A DNA stretch of 35,021 nucleotides from a virus. Lineage: Duplodnaviria > Caudoviricetes. Of the stretch, positions 15,882-24,042 are shown one piece after another; position 1 is the stretch's first letter; each line of letters begins with the position of its first letter. The position numbers were made by a program, and so were the translations under genes. The stretch is from positions 1 to 35,021 of the IMG/VR virus record IMGVR_UViG_3300035397_000030. One strand, given 5' to 3'. Under the pieces are notes generated by a model. It did no database searches, was not told where the DNA came from, and saw only the letters and a list, made by a program, of their open reading frames with translations.

Positions 15882-16067
15882 ATGAAATTTATAACTTATG
15901 AACCATCTCTAGAATTTGGAGATAATGCTATATTTGAGGGTGTTGTCGCAAAAATAAATACAAAATTTAATGCTAAACTCGAGGCAACTGGTGTGGTTAC
16001 GGCCGAAGAAGTTATTGAATCTTTATTGGAAGAATTGGGATACGAACCTACTACTTATATTTTTTAA
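15882..16067 (+). CDS. hypothetical protein
   Basis: 61 aa, acidic, AAGGA RBS. Confidence 0.65.
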   Translation: MKFITYEPSLEFGDNAIFEGVVAKINTKFNAKLEATGVVTAEEVIESLLEELGYEPTTYIF

Positions 16068-16070
16068 TTT

Positions 16071-16098
16071 CGCGAAAAAAACATATGCTATAATAGAA
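16071..16098 (+). promoter_or_regulatory. CGCG-N14-TATAAT motif, copy 15
   Basis: cgcg aaaaaaacatatgc tataat agaa. Confidence 0.8.
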
Positions 16099-16159
16099 GG
16101 TCATACACTGAATATCAGTAGGTGTTGGTAGTAGCAATATTACATGGCTTTCTATTTTT
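16095..16159 (+). ncRNA. candidate structured small RNA or leader (three-way junction)
   Basis: AGAAGGTCAT/ATGGCTTTCT encloses ACTGA/TCAGT and GTGTTG/CAATAT hairpins, followed by ATTTTT. Confidence 0.45.
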
Positions 16160-16197
16160 GCAACTATTAATTTTTTATCACAAAGGAGGACATAGAA

Positions 16198-16488
16198 ATG
16201 TCTAATGAAACCACTGTAGAAAAAACACCAATTGAGGAGATAAAACTTTTTGTAAAACAAAATGAAAAACTCCTAATAGCACTCGGGAGCTCGCTAACCA
16301 CATCATTAGTAATGGGTATTTTTATGAAAAAAATCACCAAAAATGTTTATAAAAAAGGGTTCTATCATGGTGGAATAAATGGGTTCTTTATAGCTCAGAG
16401 CTGGTTTGATGAAACCTTGGGTACTGATCTTGTAGCTATGTATAAAACATGGGCTGAAGCTAATCCGGACAAACTAACCACTTTTTAA
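16198..16488 (+). CDS. single-TM protein
   Basis: 96 aa, AAGGAGG RBS, hydrophobic segment. Confidence 0.75.
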   Translation: MSNETTVEKTPIEEIKLFVKQNEKLLIALGSSLTTSLVMGIFMKKITKNVYKKGFYHGGINGFFIAQSWFDETLGTDLVAMYKTWAEANPDKLTTF

Positions 16489-16515
16489 TAGTCTAACTCT
16501 TGAAAGGAGAATAAG

Positions 16516-17451
16516 ATGATTTGTTTCTACCACAACGATGCGGACGGTCAAATGTCCGCGATGTGGATAATGGCGTATGCTTATAAGGACGCCTTTGTCC
16601 CCAGATATATACCAATGCAATATGGGGATGAATTTCCTCTAGATAAAATAAACGAAAACGAATATGTCTATATTGTTGACTACAGCCTGGACATTGAAGT
16701 AATGAATACTTTATTACTTTCAAAAACTAAGAATGTTGTATGGATAGACCACCATAAAACAGCAATAGAGAAATATGAAAATTATCCTTTCTATATAAAA
16801 GGTTTGCGTTATGATGGTATTGCTGCTTGTGAATTAACATACGCATATCTTATGAAGATGACCGAATATCTTGGTACGGGCGCATTATTAGCTGATTTCG
16901 ATCCGGAAATGGTTGAGGATTGTCCTATGCATACTCGTTATATTGGAGACCGCGATGTTTGGAAATATCAATTTGGAGACCTTACTAGATTATTCTATGA
17001 TGGTTATCAATTGTTAAATCACGATATAAATAACCTGTATCATACATTTTTGCTGATGTATAATGCGGAGAACGTCGTAGACCTTTTAATAGATAATGGC
17101 GTAATCATAGGCCAATACAAGAAAAATATGAGAACGAAATCGATAGCCAACTATGCATATACCGCTATATTTGAGGATCAATTATGTTTAGTATGTAATT
17201 GTCAGGACAGAACCTCGGAATTATTTGGCGAGTATTTTAAAAAATATCCACTATGTATAGCATATGTACAGGTAGCAAACGGATATTCGGTTAGTCTATA
17301 TTCCGCTTATCTGGACGTTAGCGAGCTCGCCAAGAAGCATGGGGGCGGAGGACATAAAGGCGCTGCAGGATTTGTTTCTCAAAAATCACTGGATGAATTA
17401 TTTACAGACCGTACACCATTCACAGAAACTACAAAAGTTATGGAGGAGTAA
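16516..17451 (+). CDS. DHH/DHHA1 family phosphoesterase
   Basis: Motifs YHNDADG, YIVDYS, WIDHH and C-terminal GGGGHKGAAG. Confidence 0.92.
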   Translation: MICFYHNDADGQMSAMWIMAYAYKDAFVPRYIPMQYGDEFPLDKINENEYVYIVDYSLDIEVMNTLLLSKTKNVVWIDHHKTAIEKYENYPFYIKGLRYDGIAACELTYAYLMKMTEYLGTGALLADFDPEMVEDCPMHTRYIGDRDVWKYQFGDLTRLFYDGYQLLNHDINNLYHTFLLMYNAENVVDLLIDNGVIIGQYKKNMRTKSIANYAYTAIFEDQLCLVCNCQDRTSELFGEYFKKYPLCIAYVQVANGYSVSLYSAYLDVSELAKKHGGGGHKGAAGFVSQKSLDELFTDRTPFTETTKVMEE

Positions 17452-17453
17452 CT

Positions 17454-17717
17454 ATGAAAAATATAAACATCGTATTAAACAAAAGCTTTAAATATGGTAA
17501 ATTCATAAAGCCAGCCACAGTATTAATGGCAAAAAAATACCCACACATATCAGATGGAATCAGGGATAAAGCTATCCTTGAGCTTGCACAAGATTTGTGG
17601 ATCGGTTCTCAGTTAACTAAAGGTAAATATATTGCATCTGGTGTTATTATTGGTGCGGCAGTTACTTATTTTTATCTTAAGAATACTGAGAAAAAGAGCG
17701 AAGAAGTTTCCGAATAA
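17454..17717 (+). CDS. membrane protein, paralog of 8269..8568
   Basis: GKFIKPA...DLWIGSQLTKGKY followed by a TM helix. Confidence 0.75.
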   Translation: MKNINIVLNKSFKYGKFIKPATVLMAKKYPHISDGIRDKAILELAQDLWIGSQLTKGKYIASGVIIGAAVTYFYLKNTEKKSEEVSE

Positions 17718-17720
17718 CTT

Positions 17721-17748
17721 CGCGAAAAAAACACACCTTATAATAGAA
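17721..17748 (+). promoter_or_regulatory. CGCG-N14-TATAAT motif, copy 16
   Basis: cgcg aaaaaaacacacct tataat agaa. Confidence 0.8.
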
Positions 17749-17778
17749 GTTAAAAAAAATCTTAGGAGGATTATATCA

Positions 17779-18084
17779 ATGGAAGAAAATACAGTAGTAG
17801 AAGTAGTATCAACAGAGGTAGCAATAGTTAAAGAAGACGGCAAATTCAAGAAATTTGTGAACGGAACAAAGAAAGTAGCAAAAAAAGCGAAACCATTTGT
17901 CTTGACAGCATTAGCGGCATCAGCCGTGACGGTTGTTGGACTAATAGTATTAGCAACAAAAAGTGAAAAATCTGAGGAACCCGACACAAGTGTTGAAGTT
18001 GACGACGACGTAATTGAAGGTTACACAGTTGAGAAAGACGAAACACCAGTAGTCTTTATTGAAGACGAACCACAAGAAAATTAA
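17779..18084 (+). CDS. single-TM protein with acidic tail
   Basis: AGGAGG RBS supports the ATG at 17779 (MEENTVVEVV...); basic patch, TM, D/E-rich C-terminus. Confidence 0.8.
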   Translation: MEENTVVEVVSTEVAIVKEDGKFKKFVNGTKKVAKKAKPFVLTALAASAVTVVGLIVLATKSEKSEEPDTSVEVDDDVIEGYTVEKDETPVVFIEDEPQEN

Positions 18085-18090
18085 CAACCA

Positions 18091-18129
18091 AAGAGTATTA
18101 TACGAAAGTATAGTGCTCTTTTTTTCTTT
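18091..18129 (+). terminator. intrinsic terminator
   Basis: AAGAGTATTATAC-gaaa-GTATAGTGCTCTT followed by a T run. Confidence 0.75.
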
Positions 18130-18158
18130 CAAAAAATTATACAAAGGAGAATAATATT

Positions 18159-18749
18159 ATGCTAGAAGAAATTAAAAAGATTCGAGAGTATCTCAGTTAT
18201 CTTGAGGAGCATGTCTGTAATGTTAAATGGGCATGGGAAAAAATGATTGATATATTTGGATTTGAGGAATTTGTGCAGGATCCTTATATGTTCGGACGTA
18301 TCAGTAAGTTGATTGCCAACCATGATGCGAGTAAAATATCGGATGTTGAATTTGATCCTTATCGCAGACATTTCTACCCGACATTTGATGAGCAAATGAT
18401 TGATGCGAAGTATGTTACAACCAAACAGTATTATGACGATATGTATGAAGCGGCTTGGCAAGCTCACCTAACTCTCAATCCTCATCATTGGGAGAACTGG
18501 ACTAAGCTATATGATGTTGGTGCATCAGAAAAAGACATAGCTATTCATATTATAACGATGCTTTGTGATTGGATTGCTATGGCAAGATTTAATGGAGGAA
18601 CAGCTCTTAAATGGTATGAGGAAAATAAGCAGACAATTATGATTCCGCAGTTCGCTCACGACCTTGTTAGTGAACTTCTCACTGAGTTCTACAAATCCCC
18701 ATTCGTATTATATAGGGTAGAAGGTGGCGACTATGAAAGTAATCAATAG
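18159..18749 (+). CDS. HD-superfamily (DUF5662-like) phosphohydrolase
   Basis: H...HDASK...H...NPHHWE...MLCDW metal-binding pattern. Confidence 0.75.
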   Translation: MLEEIKKIREYLSYLEEHVCNVKWAWEKMIDIFGFEEFVQDPYMFGRISKLIANHDASKISDVEFDPYRRHFYPTFDEQMIDAKYVTTKQYYDDMYEAAWQAHLTLNPHHWENWTKLYDVGASEKDIAIHIITMLCDWIAMARFNGGTALKWYEENKQTIMIPQFAHDLVSELLTEFYKSPFVLYRVEGGDYESNQ

Positions 18750-19476
18750 TTTATTTAAATATTGTAGAGACCATTCTTCAACGGTTCTAACGGCAGTATC
18801 TATTGGTGGATTATTTGCTACAACAGCTTCGGCAATTGTTGGAACGCCTAAGGCTATTAGGATACTTGAAGAGCGTGAGTATTTCCTAGCTGAGGAAGGT
18901 CTACCCCCATTATCAAACTGGGGTGTTGTAAAGGAGACATACAAATGTTATATTCCCACATTTGGTTTCTTAACGTTGACAACCGCTTGTATGGTTGGCG
19001 CGAATAAGATAAGTATGAACCGTTATGCAGCACTGGCATCATTATATGCTTTCACTGATACTGCTTACAAGGAATACCGATATAAGGTTGCTGAGACGCT
19101 TGGGGATTCTGTACATAAGCAGATAAGGGGCGACATCGCTAAAGACCATATAGTTAAGAAACCGGCTCGCGACAACTCAGTGATTATAATAGGCTCTGGC
19201 GATATATTATGCTTTGATGACTTATCCGGACGATATTTCAAAAGCTCCCGAGCGCATATTATAGATGCAATAAATAATTGTAATCGACAATTAATGAGGG
19301 ATATGCGTATTACAATTAATACATTCTATCAAGAACTAGGTCTCCCAGATATTGGTATCGGCGATTCTGTTGGTTGGGATATTGATAACGGATTCATAGA
19401 CGTAACTATATCTTCAACAATTGATCCAGACGGTAATCCAGCATTAGCTCTTATATACGATGCGGAGCCGATTTAA
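18733..19476 (+). CDS. DUF6353-like membrane protein, paralog of 21905..22837
   Basis: STVLTAVSIGG...TPKA, second TM, AALASLY, and a C-terminal INTFYQELGLP...VGW pattern. Confidence 0.75.
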   Translation: MKVINSLFKYCRDHSSTVLTAVSIGGLFATTASAIVGTPKAIRILEEREYFLAEEGLPPLSNWGVVKETYKCYIPTFGFLTLTTACMVGANKISMNRYAALASLYAFTDTAYKEYRYKVAETLGDSVHKQIRGDIAKDHIVKKPARDNSVIIIGSGDILCFDDLSGRYFKSSRAHIIDAINNCNRQLMRDMRITINTFYQELGLPDIGIGDSVGWDIDNGFIDVTISSTIDPDGNPALALIYDAEPI

Positions 19477-19480
19477 TATT

Positions 19481-19504
19481 CGCGAAAAAAACATGTGGTA
19501 TAAT
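19481..19504 (+). promoter_or_regulatory. CGCG-N14-TATAAT motif, copy 17
   Basis: cgcg aaaaaaacatgtgg tataat gata. Confidence 0.75.
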
Positions 19505-19543
19505 GATAAATATTAATTTAGATTAAAAATGGAGGATTTAAAA

Positions 19544-19756
19544 ATGAAAAATTTAAAAACATTAGTAGTAACGAACAAAGGAAGAATAGGTAAAACTGGT
19601 CTTGTGTTAGGTTTGTTAGGATTGGGTGCATTTGCAGTGACACACTTTCTTAAGAAAGCCGAGGACGAGAAAGTTTATGCTGAGTATCCTGAAGAGGATG
19701 ATGACGACATGGATTTTGAAGATGATTTTGAAGAAACTGAGCCAGAAGAAGTTTAA
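19544..19756 (+). CDS. single-TM protein with very acidic tail
   Basis: GGAGG RBS supports the ATG at 19544; tail contains EEDDDDMDFEDDFEE. Confidence 0.75.
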   Translation: MKNLKTLVVTNKGRIGKTGLVLGLLGLGAFAVTHFLKKAEDEKVYAEYPEEDDDDMDFEDDFEETEPEEV

Positions 19757-19774
19757 TTGGTAACTATCAAAATT

Positions 19775-19805
19775 GGAAGATTAAGGAAACTTAGTCTTCT
19801 TTTTT
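19775..19805 (+). terminator. intrinsic terminator (variant of 7131/7822)
   Basis: GGAAGATTAAG-gaaa-CTTAGTCTTCT followed by a T run. Confidence 0.7.
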
Positions 19806-19825
19806 CTCTTGAAAGGAGAGATATT

Positions 19826-20035
19826 ATGTTTGGAAAAGCCACTAAAAAATTAGTAGTACAAGCAAGCGAAGCAGTTAAAGAAGAATTTAAAGAAGAGATT
19901 GATGCATTCAAAATTATTGCCGGGGTGTCAATTGTCCTAAACGTTCTATTATTATTTCAGAATCATAAGCTAAAGATTCCTGTACAACCTCAGATGAATC
20001 CAGTTACTGTTATATTTGCGCCACCAACGCGATAA
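19826..20035 (+). CDS. single-TM protein
   Basis: RBS motif at 19805-19819 supports the ATG at 19826 (MFGKATKK...). Confidence 0.7.
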   Translation: MFGKATKKLVVQASEAVKEEFKEEIDAFKIIAGVSIVLNVLLLFQNHKLKIPVQPQMNPVTVIFAPPTR

Positions 20036-20055
20036 AAACATATGATATAATAGAA
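20028..20055 (+). promoter_or_regulatory. CGCG-N14-TATAAT motif, copy 18
   Basis: cgcg ataaaaacatatga tataat agaa. Confidence 0.8.
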
Positions 20056-20075
20056 ACTATTAAAGGAGGAAAATT

Positions 20076-20363
20076 ATGAATAAAATTAAAGTAGTACGGA
20101 CAATTGGTAAAGGTATCTCAGCAGCAGCTGTAGGGGTCGTTACCGTAGGAGTTGGAGCGATTGGAAAGAACATCATGCTAAACAATTTACCAAAAATGCC
20201 ATGGCACATACAAGTGTGCACTAATATGGCAGCTTTAGTAATTGGAGCAATGATGGTTGACAAAGTCACTGACTACTGCGTAGCGCCCATAGAGAAGACT
20301 GTGGATGACGTTGCCGAGGCTGTAGTTGCAGACATTGAGGAAGCAGAAGAAACTAAAATTTAA
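20076..20363 (+). CDS. two-helix membrane protein
   Basis: 95 aa, Gly/Ala-rich hydrophobic helices, AAGGAGG RBS, followed by an AAAGGAGTGG/CTATTCCTTT terminator. Confidence 0.8.
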   Translation: MNKIKVVRTIGKGISAAAVGVVTVGVGAIGKNIMLNNLPKMPWHIQVCTNMAALVIGAMMVDKVTDYCVAPIEKTVDDVAEAVVADIEEAEETKI

Positions 20364-20433
20364 AAGTTTTAAAAGGAGTGGGACAAACGTTCTATTCCTT
20401 TTTTCCACTATAATATATTTGAAGGAGAATAAT

Positions 20434-21105
20434 ATGAGTAGAGTACCAATGAAAGTTGATGGCGGTCCTTACGGATCAAAAAGAACAGATGTGAACTATC
20501 CTAGCAACAGTGATAAATCTAAAAGAGAAGCTTCAGAACCAGGAAAAGAACCAGCAAAATTAGCCCCTGTAGTAAAAGGGAAGACTGTTCGAAAGAAAAA
20601 GGGTTTCTTTTCTAAAGCTAAAGATGTATTTATTGGCGAAGATGTTGAAAATGTTGGCGAATACATCATGTATGATGTAGTTATACCAGCTGTAAAAAAC
20701 ACAATTGCTGATTTAATAATTGGTAGTATTAGTATGACCTTATTTGGTGATGCAAAGCATACTACAAATACTTATCGCGATAAAGGTAAGTCTTATGTAT
20801 CTTATAATAATTATTATAAGAATAAAGAGTCCGGAAGACAACAAAGGACTGTAAATAAAAGAGCGATGCATTCATTTGATGATATAATTCTCGAATCAAA
20901 AGGTGAAGCTGAGCAAGTATTGGATTTAATGGTGGATAGAGTTCTTGATTATGACCGAGCAAGTGTGGCTAATCTATATGACCTTGTGAATATGAACTCC
21001 ACGTGGCAAGACCATAAATTTGGTTGGGAAGACTTAAGCTCCGCATATGTTAGTAGGGTTCGCGAAGGTTATTTATTAGTTCTACCTAAACCTATAGAAT
21101 TGTAG
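20434..21105 (+). CDS. phage hypothetical protein
   Basis: AAGGAGA RBS supports the ATG at 20434; C-terminal domain is shared with 21638..21886. Confidence 0.8.
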   Translation: MSRVPMKVDGGPYGSKRTDVNYPSNSDKSKREASEPGKEPAKLAPVVKGKTVRKKKGFFSKAKDVFIGEDVENVGEYIMYDVVIPAVKNTIADLIIGSISMTLFGDAKHTTNTYRDKGKSYVSYNNYYKNKESGRQQRTVNKRAMHSFDDIILESKGEAEQVLDLMVDRVLDYDRASVANLYDLVNMNSTWQDHKFGWEDLSSAYVSRVREGYLLVLPKPIEL

Positions 21106-21115
21106 GAGGTATAAT

Positions 21116-21310
21116 ATGGGCGATACATCTGAGCAATGGAACTTAGAAGGACGTTGTGAATTATGCCGCAAGGGAAACTATTGTAAAAAATACTGTAAAG
21201 CACGTGATAAATATATTCGCGAATCCATACGCAAACAAGTAGAAGCAACTCCTTATGGTCAATTAATGAAATTACTTCAAACTAATATTGGAGGCGATTT
21301 GAAATTATGA
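21116..21310 (+). CDS. small Cys-rich protein
   Basis: EQW...GRCELCRK..YCKK.C; AGGAGG RBS. Confidence 0.75.
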   Translation: MGDTSEQWNLEGRCELCRKGNYCKKYCKARDKYIRESIRKQVEATPYGQLMKLLQTNIGGDLKL

Positions 21311-21693
21311 GGAAAGTAAATATTAACCCATACACCGATACAAGGCCTGTAGTAATGGCCTTACGAGCTAATGCGGTTGGTACACCTCCGGCAATAACAG
21401 ATGTCTGGGGTGTATTAAAATATCGCAAGTTATGTAAGGACTCCGCTGATGTTATAGACCGATTAGTAGCATTACAGATGACTCACGAAAAAGCCCTCCA
21501 ACTTCTAATGAAGCAATTAGATATGGGCATAGTTAAGCGTCAAGAATTCCTAAATATCATAAGAAGTGTTTATGCTGAGAATGGTAAGGATGTTGATGAT
21601 ATTTATGGTACATTTTCAAATTTAGAAGGAGAAAACGATGATAAAACAAATGACGTTTCAGTCAGCGCATCAAGCGAACAAAGTTCTAAATAA
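21307..21693 (+). CDS. hypothetical protein
   Basis: 128 aa, ATGA overlap with the upstream stop. Confidence 0.7.
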   Translation: MRKVNINPYTDTRPVVMALRANAVGTPPAITDVWGVLKYRKLCKDSADVIDRLVALQMTHEKALQLLMKQLDMGIVKRQEFLNIIRSVYAENGKDVDDIYGTFSNLEGENDDKTNDVSVSASSEQSSK

Positions 21694-21886
21694 ATTGACC
21701 GAGCGGGCCGACTACTGCGGACACGCAACAGTTGCTGATTTATATGAAGCATCAGGTAAAAAAAATGACCGCCCTAATTATGAATATGGGTGGTTAGCAC
21801 AAGATATGAACAAGGCTTATATCGAGCATTTTAACGATAGACACACATTAAGGCTACCAGAACCAAGACAAATCGACGAAATATAA
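21638..21886 (+). CDS. standalone copy of the C-terminal domain of 20434..21105
   Basis: ATVADLYE...YGW...AYIE...LRLPEP aligns with ASVANLYD...FGW...AYVS...LVLPKP. Confidence 0.75.
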   Translation: MIKQMTFQSAHQANKVLNKLTERADYCGHATVADLYEASGKKNDRPNYEYGWLAQDMNKAYIEHFNDRHTLRLPEPRQIDEI

Positions 21887-21904
21887 GAATAGGAGAATAA
21901 TATT

Positions 21905-22837
21905 ATGGTATGCAAATTAGCAGGAAATTGTAAGTATTTGGCAAAAGCCATGCAGACAAGCAGCAGATTATTTGTATTAGGTAAAAAAGCAAGCCCAACT
22001 ATATTTTTAGGGTTGGGTATTATTGGTGTAGTAGGTAGTGCTATTGGCGCTTGTGCCGCTACATTAAAAGTTGAAAGTGTAATGGATGAGGCTAAAGAAA
22101 AGATAGACAAAATTCATTATGCTAAGGAAAATTTCCCGGAAGAGAAATATAGCGAAGAAGATATGAAAAAAGATCTAATGATAACATATGTGCAAACAGG
22201 TGTTGCGTTCGCTAAGTTATATTGGGGGCCAGTAACCATTGGTACCTTATCAATTATTAGTATTGTTGGTAGTAATCGTATTCTTCAAAATCGTAATGTG
22301 GCACTAGCAGCTGCGTACAAGGCTGTATCCGAAGGCTTCGCTCAATATCGCTCAAGAGTAGTTAAGGATGTAGGTGTTGAGAAGGACCGCGAATATCGCT
22401 ATGGCTACAAAGAAGAAAAATATATTGATCAAGAGACTGATGCGGACGGTAATATAACTAATATTGAAAGAACTAAAAAAGTGTATGACCCTAATAATGT
22501 ATCTATATATGCTAGATTCTATGATGAGACTAGTACCGCATGGTCTAAAACTCCTGAATATAATTTAGTATTCTTGAAGAATAATCAAGCGATGGCGAAT
22601 GACCTTCTACATGCTAGAGGACATTTATTCTTGAACGAAGTATATGATATGTTAGGTCTACCAAGGTCACAAGCAGGTCAAGTTGTTGGTTGGGTTATAT
22701 CTAAAGACGGAGATAATTATGTCGACTTTGGATTGGCTAATCTTGACAACGAACGAATGAGAGCTTTTGTAAATGGCTACGAGCATACGGTCTTATTAGA
22801 CTTTAATGTTGACGGGGTTGTTTACGATTTGATATGA
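21905..22837 (+). CDS. DUF6353-like membrane protein
   Basis: SPTIFLGLGIIG...ACAATLK, RNVALAAAY, and C-terminal FLNEVYDMLG...GQVVGW...LLDFNVDG. Confidence 0.8.
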   Translation: MVCKLAGNCKYLAKAMQTSSRLFVLGKKASPTIFLGLGIIGVVGSAIGACAATLKVESVMDEAKEKIDKIHYAKENFPEEKYSEEDMKKDLMITYVQTGVAFAKLYWGPVTIGTLSIISIVGSNRILQNRNVALAAAYKAVSEGFAQYRSRVVKDVGVEKDREYRYGYKEEKYIDQETDADGNITNIERTKKVYDPNNVSIYARFYDETSTAWSKTPEYNLVFLKNNQAMANDLLHARGHLFLNEVYDMLGLPRSQAGQVVGWVISKDGDNYVDFGLANLDNERMRAFVNGYEHTVLLDFNVDGVVYDLI

Positions 22838-22936
22838 ATTCGTGATGGGTTAGACTTTGTAGGCTCAGGTGATTTTAATCGAGATATTATGGATTATCCA
22901 GGAAGATATATGTTATCAAGCTAAGGAGGTTATAAA

Positions 22937-23215
22937 ATGGGACATATTAGTATTATTGATAAAGTTATAGCAGAGCGCAATGCTGTTTATTTACCTTTTA
23001 CTCATGATATATTTATTAATCTAATTTATGACCCCTTAGATAATTATTTTGTTGATGAAGAAGGTATGGTTGTATATGAATTATTTACATTGATATCCAC
23101 TAACGACTTATATTTATTCAAACATGATAAAAAAGATGTAGTTATATATAACAAAGAAATGGATGTAAATTTTTATTTAATTTACAAGAAAGGAGACACT
23201 AAATGGATGATTTAA
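22937..23215 (+). CDS. hypothetical protein
   Basis: 92 aa, AAGGAGG RBS. Confidence 0.75.
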   Translation: MGHISIIDKVIAERNAVYLPFTHDIFINLIYDPLDNYFVDEEGMVVYELFTLISTNDLYLFKHDKKDVVIYNKEMDVNFYLIYKKGDTKWMI

Positions 23216-23382
23216 CTGATTATGTTATGGATAAAGTAGAGTTAGAGTTCTGGAATGGTGAACGATGGGTTTACGTGGGGGATTTCCCAAATGAAAAAAT
23301 AGCATGGTTATCGCTTGGTGATGACAATGAGAAGTATAGAACTATAAGTTGTAACAATGGCTCTGTTATCAGAGAAAACTAA
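23203..23382 (+). CDS. 59-aa hypothetical protein (not in ORF track)
   Basis: AAGGAGA RBS; MDDLTDYVMDKVELEFWNGERWVYVGDFPNEKIAWLSLGDDNEKYRTISCNNGSVIREN. Confidence 0.65.
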   Translation: MDDLTDYVMDKVELEFWNGERWVYVGDFPNEKIAWLSLGDDNEKYRTISCNNGSVIREN

Positions 23383-23412
23383 AAACTAGTCTCTTGAAAG
23401 GAGAACGAAGAC

Positions 23413-24042
23413 ATGAATAGAAATTTAGAAAGAGTTTTAATATTAGCGGCAGGTTTAGCTTTAGGTGCGATAGGTACAAATTTTGTATTAAGGAAAAAAT
23501 ATGAGGACCTTGTTGATAGCGAATTAACATCTCTTCGAGAAACTTATCGTGAAAAAGCTATAACTAAACAACAAATAGATGAAGTGGCTAAAGAGTACAA
23601 AACTGACGCCAAAGGTGAAAAACCAACAAATATTAAGAACTTCAAACGTCCTGAAACTGAGAAAATTGACTACAATAAATTATCAACAGCCGGACATGTT
23701 AGTAAAGAAATAGAAGATCTTAAAGCTAACTATGTACCTAAGAGCGAGCGAATTGATAAGGATTTACCAGTATATCCTATTGAAATGCACGAGTATCTTG
23801 ATACATATGTTGATTATGAAAAAATTGAATTAACATATTATGCTGCCGATGATGTATTAGCAGATGAGGATGATGAACCAATTGATGATGTGTTATATTA
23901 TTTAGGTGTTGTTGAGTGTCAAACATTATTTGATGTTGACGACGATGACCCTGATACTGCATATGTGCGCAACAACGGAATGTCTACAGATTTCTTGATC
24001 AATCGTTCCGCAAAGGCCCACGAAGGAGTGGTTTCTAGATGA
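23413..24042 (+). CDS. N-terminally anchored acidic phage protein
   Basis: N-terminal TM (AAGLALGAIG); C-terminal LTYYAADDVLADE...YVRN domain. Confidence 0.8.
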   Translation: MNRNLERVLILAAGLALGAIGTNFVLRKKYEDLVDSELTSLRETYREKAITKQQIDEVAKEYKTDAKGEKPTNIKNFKRPETEKIDYNKLSTAGHVSKEIEDLKANYVPKSERIDKDLPVYPIEMHEYLDTYVDYEKIELTYYAADDVLADEDDEPIDDVLYYLGVVECQTLFDVDDDDPDTAYVRNNGMSTDFLINRSAKAHEGVVSR

